NCBI GenBank assembly: GCA_021432655.1
Contig: MU271577.1
Location: 8,897-42,287, forward strand
Direction: 5' to 3'
Origin: Atractiella rhizophila
Taxonomy: Eukaryota
Length of the DNA: 33,391 nucleotides
Positions 1-11,342 of the stretch are shown piece by piece. How positions within the stretch are numbered: the stretch's first letter is position 1; each line of letters starts with the position of its first letter. The notes below the pieces were generated by a model, which saw only the letters and a program-made list of their open reading frames with translations, was not told the DNA's origin and ran no database searches. The position numbers and the translations under genes were made by a program.

Positions 1-2043
1 GTTCGATTGTAGACGTGACCGGCAAAGTAGAGAGCTTCCGCCCAAAAATGTTAGAGGCAGCTTTGCGTGGTGAAGCATGGACTTTGCGAGGTTACGAAGA
101 GTGCGATGGATGCGTTCTGCAATCCCGTTCTCCTGATGACAGTAAGGAGTCGTTGCTTTCCATTCCACGTTGTTGATTTCGAACCAGGACTGTAGCAAGT
201 TATTCACGAATTCTCCCCCACCATCGACTTTCCATCTTTTCACAGTTCTCTGCGTTTTCGCGTGAAGAATTGATCGGAATCGCTCGAAAGATGGGAGAAC
301 AGTTGCCTTCGATTTGTCTGGAATGAATTCCTGATGTACTACTCTTGAACCGACATCTACGTGTACGACTGAATACCAGGCACCACCTAACGAAGAGACT
401 TGCACAGGTCCAGTTAAATCGGAGACTACAGACTCGCCCGGTAGAGTGGGCGGGAGCTCGACGCTTTGTTTTGAAGGAAACGAACCCCGATGCATTTTTC
501 CCATCACACATGGTTCACAAAAAATCTTGGGAATCTCTTTTTTTCGAATCTTTCATCTCCAACCCTCCAACTAGAGACTTCGAAACTAACTCTTTGATCT
601 TTTCCATCCCGATAAGCACTGCCACCCTCCTGTGCCACACTATCACATCCACCGCTTTCCGAGACAGTGTCAACACTACTGCTCGCCCTCTGCGCTTCAT
701 CCCCACTTCGCAACCTAGAAACAACCATCCTTTAGTTCCATTCTTCTCGCCTCGCTTATTCCTACAAGTCTGGTCCCTCCCGGTCCTAAAAATGAAAGCA
801 TACACCATCCTCGAAAACGACTTTGAGGCGCCCGTCCGGAATGGCAGAGAGAGGCTGACGAGTTTCCACACGCTTATCAAAAGGTTTGTGAGTGAAGGAA
901 GGTGAAGAACGGAGTTCGAAGTATGATGTTGGAAAGGGGTCCTCCGTGTTTGTTGTGGGTGGTGTATTCTGTGGTGCCTTTAGTGGTAATGGATATGCTC
1001 CTTCCATCCGCCACCTCGATGGATCCGTTGTGAGGCTGACGATTAGACATGTAATCGAGAGGAAAGACATGAGATGTGCACCCGGAGTCAATGCAGGCGA
1101 TGGCCATGCTTCTGTCAAATGATAGATTGGCCTAGCAAGCTGGCAAATCTTAAACGGCAGACGACACCAAATATTCAACAGAGAATCGCAGCATCGCTTC
1201 GACGAGTTCGGGGCAAAGATACCTAAGAAGCTCAAAAATCATCATAACGTTAAGGACAACGATGGCTTGACAGACCTCACGAACAGAAAAAGTGCCGATA
1301 GATGATCACGCGACTTCTTTCATGGTATCTTCTCGCATCTGTCCATGAATGCCAGTGCCTCGACATCCGTTTCCAAAACGAGACCCAGGAGGCGCAAAGA
1401 TTCGATTGGCTTCAAGCTCCCAGCAGCGTTGGGAGGTGTGGGATCGCAGGCTGCAGTGAGGGCATGGAGGGAAGCGGTTCGAGCCGTTTCTTCTCCCCTT
1501 TTCTCCTACACTCCCACTGTTTCCGCCACCCCTCACAGGTGTTGCTGAACGAGTGATCAGAGCGTGTTCCTGTGCTTTCTGAACCTCGCTGAGACCTTCC
1601 TCCAGCATTATCGTGTTGATGGTATTGGAGATCCACTCTGGAGTGAAATCGACCAGAGTTGCCTGAGCTGATTTCCTCGCCTGGAGAGCTGAGAAGTAGG
1701 CCATCATCTTGTCACGAAGAGAATCTGGGAGCGTCGCTTGGAGGTGGCGCGGAGAAGATGATTGATTGCCAGGTTTCGGTGGTGAGTTGCTTCTCGCCAA
1801 CGTACTTGACGAAATCAGTGAGATTCTTTTCTAGGACAGCCATATGTTCTGTCCAGTGCTGAGGCGTAGTTCCAGTGAAATGAGTACGTGCGAAGGCGCT
1901 CCACGCTGTGACGGCGTAGAGATGATTCGCTGCATCGTATTCCTTCTTCAACCAGTTCCGCATTTCCTCCGCTTGCTCTTTCAAGTCATGGGCCTTGATT
2001 CTAGCGACGAACCGTTTTGAAAGATCATAGAGAACCGCGTACG
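1..2043 (-). mobile_element. Ty1/copia LTR retrotransposon internal region (gag, zinc knuckle, protease, pre-integrase, integrase); frameshifted, 5'-truncated, runs off the left window edge
   Basis: Minus-strand translation shows, in order: a gag-like helix (AEEMRNWLKKEY), CX2CX4HX4C knuckle CPHCSLRSHTSQRC (1423-1464), protease IDSGCTSH...IEVADG (877-1107), pre-integrase WHRR...L..LV.GL plus CEPCVMGK (~500-640), and an integrase core VVSDLTGP...KVDGGGEF...ENGIAERIHRTL...FWAEA (1-430). Integrase directly after protease is the copia order. Several 1-nt frameshifts are needed. Confidence 0.93.
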
Positions 2044-2587
2044 CTCATCCACGCATGAACTGGTTTACTATCCAGTGCTCACGCACAGGTAAATGATGCT
2101 TCCCAGCCTTCCTACTTCTCACTCCTGCGTTACCACCCCAAATATCCTCCCAGATACATTTGGGCTGAGCGCTCCCAACAGTATGATTCACGTTTAAAAC
2201 ATCCGTGAATACCTCCTTCCCACCATGAAAAGCATCTAACAAGCCCTCCAAAGAAGCATAGAGATCGTTCATCGATCTGAGAAAAAAATTCTCTTGTGCA
2301 TTAGGATTGGCTTTGGTGGAATCAGCTTGCCCAACGGCAACCAAATTGATGCGCGAGGAGTCAACTTTTTGGCTTATAAGCTCTTTTTTCAGGTTTAGGA
2401 ATAAGATCTGCCTGGACGAGGAAGAAGATTCGATACTGGAATGTGTTTGCGAAGGTAACAGACAGGGTGAGGAGAGGGCGAGCATGCCCCTGTGAACCCA
2501 AGAACCCAAAGCGCACTGTCAGGCCAGATGCCTTATTAGAATGGAGATACAAACCCAACTTGGGGTGCATATCACAATGATGCTCAT
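2044..2587 (-). pseudogene. Truncated, frameshifted UDP-glycosyltransferase (GT1) 5' fragment (exon 1, intron 1, exon 2); paralog of the gene at 13766
   Basis: ATG at 2587 gives MSIIVICTPSW|intron|GHARPLLTLSVTFANTF...KVDSSR...DLYASLEGLLDA...PKCIWED.W.GNAGVRSRKAGKH.LPV, collinear with 13766-14297. Frameshifts near 2392 and 2065. Similarity ends at the paralog's exon 2/intron 2 boundary. Confidence 0.88.
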
Positions 2588-2908
2588 GTTTGATATGGTC
2601 TTCCCAACTACTTATGTTTCAACTGCGAGGGCTAGGAGCACAGCAAGGATATCTTGTTACTTTATAGAGCAAACCGCTCCCCTCGCCGGCTTCATTTCGG
2701 TCTAAAAACATGTCGGATCTTTCATAATCCTTGTCTAAGGAGGGGGGCTGGAGTTGAGAACCCGTGAACCATCACGGCATGATCCGTCATTTCGAAAATG
2801 GAGTTATGCAGACCGCAACATGGCAAACACGCCAAGTTGTAACGATCCATAGGTTCCACTTCTTGCGATAGTTGTGCACAAGAAAACTGCCAAGGGTTAC
2901 GCACTTGA

Positions 2909-3401
2909 TTATTGTGCCGATAAATGCTCCTGAAGATCCTTCACCAACTGCTTCTCAATCTCCAAAACAACCTTCTCACTTCCTGGGCCGTCCATCATCT
3001 GCTGAGGGACATCTAAGGAAAGGTGGATCTGTGTTTTGAACCTTCGAGCTGGTCATCCAACATTTAGAAGGGACTGAGAAAATGATGAAATGACAAACCC
3101 AAGCGCTGAGACACAGTGGTTGTCCAGTCTCCGCTGCCGTTTGGAGGCTTAAAGATGAGAGTTGAGCTCGCAGGAATTGTCTATCATCCGAATGCCATGA
3201 GCTCAGATTACATGCCAGACAGGGACGAACCCCTCGTTCGGGTACTCCACAGGACCATTCCACAGCTATCCGCGGAGTATGAGCGTCCGTCCCAATGTTT
3301 ACTAGGAGAGATTTCGAGAGGAAAGTATAGGTAAGAATAATGGATGGATATAGCGGAGATTGAGGTGCAATGGACAACGTATGGGTTGAAATTGCGGACA
3401 T
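2909..3401 (-). CDS. Proteasome assembly chaperone 4 (PAC4/PSMG4)-like protein, 130 aa, 3 exons (3401-3231, 3180-3099, 3048-2909)
   Basis: Two 50-nt GT-AG introns give an open product MSAISTHTLSIAPQSPLYPSIILTYTFLSKSLLVNIG...TIPASSTLIF...TVSQRLARRFKTQIHLSLDVP...VLEIEKQLVKDLQ. The 'S.RLA.RF..QI.LS' and 'IEK.LV' pattern and the size resemble the PAC4 family. Confidence 0.75.
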
Positions 3402-3719
3402 CTTAGTGACACTTGACAATGTCAAGAAGGTAAGAATGATGCTGAGATTAACTGTGCTGCGCAACAACATTGACCAGCGACCCAAAGGAAAGGAACTCGT
3501 AAGTGCTTTTACGCTTTTCCGTTGAACTGAGAAGGCTCAGTCCCTGAAATAGTCATCTATTGTGCTCAAACGCACTGCTGTTGTACATACTTCCAACCAA
3601 AAAGTGTGCCAACATGCCCGTCGCCTGATTGGCCAAAAGCACTTTTCAAACTATATATCGACTTCCGAAAGCACGAACCGACTGGAATATAACAAGGAAG
3701 AAGTAGCAGGAGCGGTGCG

Positions 3720-6086
3720 CTATGATTTGGCATTGAGAGACAACTGAAGCTTCCCAATGAAAGGGTTCAAATCATCCTTCCGCACCTCAATCACGTCCGC
3801 CTCGAATCTGTCGTTCCTCACCCTCGCTCCTGACGCGTGAGCCGCCTCCTTGAAAGCGAGACCAAATTTACTACGCACGCCCATTCATCAGCACATCATA
3901 CCTGACGCAATTGAGGGAGGATATAATCGTATGGAGAGCAGATCGACTCACTTCTTCCTCACGTCCCCATACTCCGCTGCGCCCGTCACTCCGACGACGA
4001 CCCAAGAATCGTTCGGTTCGTCGAGGCAGCAAACGACGAACGGGAGGGATTTGACCGCTCCCTTCTTTCCGCGCTCGACCAAATCTCGTACGGCATCGAC
4101 GAGCCAAATGGCGAGCCGGAGCAGCGTCGGAGGATGTGAGAAGATGGGCATATCTGGACCTTCTTTGATGGTCACGAGTCGAAACGTGCGTAAAGTCTTG
4201 ATCGATTGTTTGTCTATCAGTGATGTGCCTTGACGAACGATGGCGCGATGTATGGACATGGAGAGGGGGAGAGCGGAGCGAAGGAGGTTGGTGCTTTAGA
4301 CGTTGCATGCGGTTTATTCAGAACTCGTTTTTAGGCGGAGAGGGAGGGAGAAGTACTCAGCGGGTGAGAGCGCATCGTGAGCTCTCCAGAAATTATAAAT
4401 CCACCACTCCCGGTCCTTCTTTTTTCTCCCGTTCCCGCCGCCCTCCTCTCCTTCCTCTCTACCATCCCTTTCCTCTCCATCCACTCCTCCATTCATCCCT
4501 TCCACTCCTACCCACTCTCCCTCGCCAGCGCCTCCACCGACAAACTCCCCATCCGCAATCTTCACCTTGCTGGCCACCTCCAATATAGCTCCTACGGCTT
4601 CGACGGCGTCGGAGGCGGAGAGAGACGAACGGTAGCCGTATGAGCGGATGAAAGACGGGTAGGTCAGTTGGTAGAGGCCGTAGTCGGGGGCGATGGCTAG
4701 GAGGGAGGCACGGAGAGAGTTCTTGAGCGGTGGGGCCATATGTGAGTACGTTTGTTGGCACTGATCCAGGGAGAAACTTTGTGCCATTGGTCGGTCAGCA
4801 TTTATTCTTCACAGTGAAAGCAGAGACGCACCCCATCTTTGCTAATAAGCCTTGAAGTCTCTTCCTCCCCTTCTCCCTCCACAACTCCAGCTTTCCGGCA
4901 ACGTATGATGAGTGAAGCATGGAATCGAAGAGGTTCCAGTGCCTAAACAACCTAAACTGCAACTCTTCCTCCTCCGTAATCTCCCTCCTATCCGCATTCT
5001 TCTCCTCCTCCTCTCCTCCACCAGCACTCATCCTCCTCACCTCCGTCTTGAACACCTCCGCATACGCATCATACCGATCCCTGTCGATCAGTGAACTCGT
5101 AAACTGATAAGTGAGTCCCAATATAGCGAGCCACAAAAGGTCAGGGGACGAACGACCGAGGGAAGAAGTGAGGGTGTAGAGTTGGCAAGCTATGGATTGT
5201 CCGTAATACGTTCCAGTCGAATAATACTTCTGAATCCGCTTCTTCAACATCCCTTCTCCGACGATTCAACGTCCGGGTCGATTGCGACTCCCCATCCTCA
5301 GATAAGCGTCGTCGTTTCCGACTCCCTCCTTCTCCTCCTTCCTCTCCTCTGAATCGGTGGAGCTCCCGGTGCGCAACCGCCGCCGCCCATTGGGCAAGAT
5401 GATATCTTCATCCTCGTCTTCGTCTTCGTCCTCGCCATCGCTCTCCGGCTCGAACTACACGACAGTAAAGGTTCAACACAACTCCTATAGAACATACGGC
5501 ACACAGCGGTGTAGGGGAGGACTCACTTCGAGACGCTGAAAGGCCCGCTTCTCTTCCTCCAAGTCTGTATCGCCCTCTCCGTCGTCCCACACCCAGACCT
5601 CTCCTTCTTCGGCGGACACGCGACTTCCGAAAAGGTTGGAAAGATTGGTCGGACGATGGGAGTCTATGAGATGTAGGGTCGTGGATTTCGGGAGGGAGAA
5701 GAATTCGGAGAGATCGAAGAGTCCTCCGAGGTTGAGGAGGACGAGGGTACCGATCTATCCCAAGACAGAGCAAGGAGCACACATGAGCGACACAGACCAG
5801 AAGCATGGACACATCCCATCCTCGTCCAGACGCAGAGAAGACTGAACGAGCAACATACGGATCCATCGCCCTCGACCTCCTCCGCGACCCTACTCAATTC
5901 CTCCCACCCGCCCACGGGCACCACCTTATGCGGCACGTGGTCGTCCCTGAGCAGCTGTGTGAGGATCCGACAGGCACAGAGCGCGTCGACGTCCGGGGAG
6001 CAGAGGAGGAGGACGGAGGTGGTGCGGGAGTGGGAGAGGATGCGCGCGTAGGCTCGCGCGTGCGAACGGACGGGTATCAGGACCAT
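3720..6086 (-). CDS. CDC45: DNA replication initiation factor Cdc45 (multi-exon)
   Basis: Motifs [108 protein letters not shown] at 6086, TAG at 3720-3722. Confidence 0.96.
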
Positions 6087-6353
6087 CTCCCTCTTTGTGT
6101 CGTGTCGGTGTTCTGTTGGCTGAGCGAAGGCAGAGAGCAGGTGCTGGTGGATGGTTTGTTTATGGTGCGCGTACACGGACACGAGGAGAACTGGAAGGAC
6201 AATCACGTGAATCTGGAATCGGACAGATCTGATCTCCTTCCCAACCAAAACCAAGAAAGAGACGACCAAGTCGAGTCCAAGACGAGGGACGAAGAAGTAT
6301 ATTCGGTATCTATACATAACCTAACCTATTCTGTTTAAATCAAGAGCGAAGAT

Positions 6354-7028
6354 ATGTCAGACGCCAAGTTCACCACCGCCTGCAAGATCATCCAGGTCAG
6401 TCTCCTGCCATCATCTGTTATCACCAGAGAAACTAACCAGCAGATCGATGGTTGCAGGGTCTTCCAAAGAATGGACCGGTCCAACCCAGCCAGGACGATC
6501 AGCTCAGAGTTCGTATCTCCTCCTCCTCCTCCTTCGAAGTCGCAGTCGCAATCGCGGCGGCGTGTTGCGTGTGCCCGATGGATTGATTGGATGGTGGGAT
6601 GGCGGATAGTTTTACGGATTTTATAAGCAAGCCACTGAGGGTGACGTTAACACCTCTCGTCCTGGAGTGCTCGATTTCGTAGGCAAGGCTAAATGGTCCG
6701 TCCTCGTCTCTTCTACCGATGGAACAAAGGAGAGTGGTGCTGACGACGGTGGTGGGAAGGGATGCGTGGAATTCTCATAAGGGAATGTCGAAGGAAGAGG
6801 CTAAGGCCGAATACGTAAACACTTTTCTCGAAGTCAGTCTTCTCTCTTCTCTTCCCGATGTCATGCGGAAGTGAGCGAGGAAGAACAATGTTGATCGGGA
6901 GTGTGTGGAACAGTTCCATAAGAGGTTCCCAGACAACGAAGAGGCCGTCGCGCACATCGCTCAGGTCTGTCTCTTCTCTTTCTTCCTGTTTACAATGTTG
7001 ATGGAGTGGGCAGGTGGAAGCGGCATAA
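6354..7028 (+). CDS. ACB1: Acyl-CoA-binding protein (ACBP), about 6 short exons
   Basis: Spliced product [79 protein letters not shown]... contains the ACBP signature (YKQAT.GD, KAKWDAW, GMSKEEA..Y). Confidence 0.95.
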
Positions 7029-7800
7029 ACGAATTGATATTGATACCTGTGTGAAGGGATCTAAGGAAATGAACAATTGTAGAATGATGTCGAGTGTTGC
7101 TGCTGTCTTTGTGTAGGTTGTCCAATCGAAGAAAGAGAAATCTGTATCCATCAACCAAATCCCGTTCCTATACTACATCTCGATCGTATCCTTTGCATTA
7201 GGATACATGGCGGGGGAAGTATTATCCTTCTGACCTAATCACCAAGAATGGCTTACTAGTGACCTGCCTTCAAGCTGGCTCAAGGGAGTTCGCTCTCCAT
7301 CTCCCATTCGCGAATTCGTCTGTTTTGTTAATTCCATCCGGCTCTCCGTACTATCTACCAAAGCCCTTACTACTCTCACCTGAGCCGAGAAACCTTTCCT
7401 CCCTCGATAAGCGAGAGATGTCTGATAAGATCAGGAGGGCCACGATCACTCCTCATGGATGATGACGACCCCGGCTCCCCAGAGGCCAAAATTACCAGCG
7501 ATATCGATTCGGTAATACCAACTTGAGCCCTGTATCTTTACAGCAGAAATTAGGTCTTAAATCCTCCCCTAAGATACTTGTAATGACACAAAGTAACGCC
7601 TGGATACAGTGGTGCTGCAAGGCAGAACAGAGGCTCCATTGGTTCGGGGCTTCTCTTGGCACCCAAAAACCACGCCGTTTTCAACCACCAGCTGCTTCTC
7701 TGCGCATAGGCTGCTTCTCAACGAGTGCTATAAGGAGAGCAAGGTGGAGGCTATCCATTTCATTAGGCACACTAGGTGAAGGAAAGCAAACAAGGTAAGA

Positions 7801-10800
7801 ATGGTGCGCAAGATCACGCCTGCGACCAGTCTTCCCCTGCCCGTGCTCTCCTCCCTCCCCCTCCCACGCACTCCCCGTCCTCGGCATCTCCTCCTCCTCC
7901 TCCCGTGTCTCACCCTCATCTACTACTACTCCTCCACGCCGTCCATCTTCTCCCCACCCTCGCTCCCTCCCCCACCTCCCCCACCGCACCACCATCCACA
8001 TCCACACCTCCCCCACTTCGAAGAGGACCAGTACGACCTCTCCTTCCTCTGGGACACGCCTCCGCCCGCTGACCAGTCCCTCATCCCCCTCCGCGACCCG
8101 CCTCCACCCCCTGAGCCGCCCCTCCCACCCACATTCGGGAATCCGTGGCCCAACAAGAAGGTGATAGCGAACAAGTGGCTGGCGGACGAAGTGTTCGGTG
8201 AGGATCTGAATGGAAGGGGAAAGGTGGGAGATGACCCGGTACCGCCAGCGTGGCCGGACGAGGAGGAGGTGCGGTGGATCTACGAGAGTGCGTTGGAGGA
8301 TGTCACTGTGGGGGTCTCGAATGCAGATCATGTGCCGAAGGTGAGGAGAGTGGTGATGGATAATGGGAATGGAGGATGGAGACAGTTCGACGATCCAAGA
8401 GTGAAGGGAGAGGTCAAGCCCGCTCCCGTCCCTGCTGGGAATGTTGCTAACGTCCCTAACGTCCAACCGCCACCGTCGTTCCATCGTCTCCCTCCGCTCC
8501 CTCTCCCTAAAGAACCGACCATCGATCCGCGCACACTCCGGCCCCTCCCTCTCCCTCCAAGAGATCCTTCTTCAACCATACACGCCGAGATCGACAGCGG
8601 AAGCGAATACGAGTTTAAGTATAAAGGAGACGAGACGAATGGAGGGGAACGGTGGAAGTGGAGCATTGGAGAGGGGGAGGATATGAAGAGCAAGGTCGAG
8701 AAGTTGGGGAGGGTGTGGGAGGAGGGAAAGGGGATTAAGAAGGTCCAGTGGGAGGGATTTGGGATGGAGGGATGGGAGGACAAGAAGGAGAGGGAGGAGA
8801 GGCAGAAGAGGAGGGAGTGGGTTAAGAAGGCTTTTGGTCATGCTTGGCAGGGCTACAAGTTCGTCCTTTCCCCTTTCCTTCCTTTCCTTTTGTATCAGTC
8901 CCGTCGCTGTCGGGATTCAGCCTTCCTCCACCAGCTGGTGCAGGTGTGGCAGAGGACTGTCGCTTTTTCGGACATGACAGAACGATTGGTTGATTTCTCG
9001 GTGTGGTGTTTCCGTGAATGGATTTCTAATGGCTGCTGGTCGTTTGTCAGGAAACATGCTTGGGGACATGACGAGCTCAAACCGGTGTCCAATTCATTCA
9101 ACGATCCTTTTAACGGCTGGGGAGCGACCTTGGTGCGTTTTCTCTTCATTTCCCTTCCCAAGGAACTGATACATTATCTATCATGCTAGGTCGACACCCT
9201 GGACACGCTTCTCATCATGAACCTAACGCACGAGTACGCTTTAGCTAGAACACACGTCTCCCAAATCGACGTATGTCCCTCTTCCTCTTCTCTTCCACTT
9301 ACCACTCAACTCACATCGAACTCACTCTTTGGACCAGTTCACACTGCTCGCTGGCACTTCCTCCGCCTACGGCTCCCTAAGCGCGACGGCCCCGACCCTA
9401 CCTCTCTTCGAGACCTCGATCCGGTACCTCGGCGGCCTGCTCTCCGCACACGACCTCTCCTCCGACTCCCTCATGCTCGAGCGCGCCGTCGAACTCGCAG
9501 ATTGGATCCTCCCCGCCTTCGACACCTACTCCGGCCTCCCCATCCCTCGTTACCGCATAGGAAGCGACCCTAGAGGGGGGAGCACCGGGAGGGTGGTGTT
9601 GAGCGAGGTGGGGAGCATGAGTATGGAGTTTGCGAGACTGTCGATCTTGACGGGGAAGGAGAAGTATTGGAATGCGGTGAAGAGGGCGGCGGATTATTTG
9701 GAGACGAACTTTACGGGGTCGGAGAGGAAGGGCAATTTGTTGCCTACTTATGTCGTACCGGAAGTGTGTCTCCCTAATTCTTGTTACACTCGTTCGATTC
9801 TGATGGTATGACTTGCGGATGTAGAGGCCGGATAGCTTGACGGGAACTTATTCGTTTGGTGCTCAGGGAGACTCGTATTATGAATACCTGGTTCGTACTC
9901 ATTCTCCATAGCCATCGCTCTTCTTTCTGACTCTGACTCGACGATAGATCAAGACGCACCAACTTCTAGGAGGAACAGATACCCAATTTGCACGCATGTA
10001 CAACGGATCAATGGAAAGCGCATGGGAATACCTCATCAAGCCCGTCCTCGCTGTTCCAGGCCAAAAACTGTTGACCATCGGCCAGGCTAAGTGGTCCACG
10101 TTTACGATGGACCTCGAGCATCTAGTAAGCACTTCCGTCTCTTCTCACTTCTGATAAGCTGACAGGTCTTCCGTCCGCGCAGACGTGCTTCGCTGGCGGG
10201 ATGATGGGTCTTGGGGCGAAGTTGTTGGGCAGACGGGAGGATATGGAGGCTGGGAAGGCGTTCACCAATACTTGTTATTGGGCTTACCGAATGACCAAGA
10301 CCGGAGTTGGACCGGACAGTCTCACTTTCTGGACGAACGACGACCGCCGCTTCTCGACGTATAAGGATCCTGGTTCGTTTGCCCCTCTTTACGTCGGAAC
10401 TGGAATCGTAGCTGATCGATATCATTGTGGGTGTAGTTGGAGAGGATTTCAGGATTACGAAAGGACATCCTCCGGGTGTTCTTAGATTCGATAGAAGATA
10501 CCTTGGACGACCAGAGACCATTGAGAGCGTGTTCTACATGTGGAGGTTGACGGGTGATAGGAAGTGGATGGTTCGTCTTCCCTTTATCTAACACGCTATC
10601 GGTGACTCAATGAGTGACAGGATGCTGGATGGAGGATGTTTGTCGCTTACGTCGAACATTGTATGACCGACAGCGGCTTGGCCAATTTGGACAACATCGA
10701 TGTCATCCCCGCTCCTCAAGCGGATTCTATGGAATCCTTCGTCTTTGCCGAAACGCTCAAATACTGTTAGTATATTCCTCTTTCTTCCTGGAATATCACT

Positions 10801-11146
10801 GATACGGAGAACAGACTTCCTCCTTTTCGACGATCCCTCCCACATCTCGCTCGACGACTACGTGCTCAATACAGAAGCTCACCCCTTACGGATCCTCAAA
10901 CCAGAAACGGAGAATCAACCCCCGTACTTATGGACAGGTCCCAAGCCACAATTGGAATCTCGATACGCCCCACCTTACTTCAAGGACGTGTTAAAGCACT
11001 TAGACGATCCAACTGCCGCGAAAGTACATCGTGGACAGGGGACGGCGTTGCAACAGAGCTATCGGGTGAAGAACTTGAAAAAGTTCAAGCCTGAGTTCTT
11101 GGAGGAGAAGGTTTACGCTTGGAGACAGAAGTTTAGCTCTTCCTAA
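7801..11146 (+). CDS. GH47 class I alpha-1,2-mannosidase with N-terminal membrane anchor and Pro-rich stalk (multi-exon)
   Basis: Motifs AFGHAWQGY, HAWGHDELKPVS, GWGATLVDTLDTLLIM, FETSIRYLGGLLSA, LSEVGSMSMEF, DSYYEYL, EHL.CFAGG, RPETIES, MESFVFAETLKY, NTEAHPL; hydrophobic LLLLLPCLTLIYYY near the N-terminus. Confidence 0.95.
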
Positions 11147-11342
11147 TCCACGATCCCACGTGAGTGGAGTCGTCTGAACATTTCGCATTTCTTTCGTCGT
11201 TCTTTCTGGTGCATACATATTTCTCCGGTGCAAGATTTATTTGGAAGTTGTATCAGTTACATGCATATCTGCAATCGATATCCCGGTCGCTCCATACCTG
11301 CTCAATCATCACTTATTCCTCGATCGTCGATAATTTCTCCAT

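Noticed and set aside
345..905. 186-aa plus-strand ORF
   Set aside because: Antisense shadow of the copia integrase/pre-integrase region; no recognisable motifs.
6317..6328. TAACCTAACC (also GTAACCTAAC at ~12631 and CTAACCTCACC at ~21830) as possible telomere repeat or telomerase template
   Set aside because: Two units or fewer, not a CCCTAA match, and no adjacent telomerase-type pseudoknot recognised.
5805..6338. 177-aa plus-strand ORF and other long ORFs opposite real genes (7681-8484, 16934-17443, 18471-19064, 32454-32921)
   Set aside because: Antisense to CDC45, GH47, kinesin and ELP6-like exons; expected in GC-rich coding DNA.
7459..7520. ATGATGA followed by a small ATTACC...GGTAAT hairpin
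   Set aside because: No downstream CTGA or recognisable rRNA antisense element; insufficient for a C/D snoRNA.
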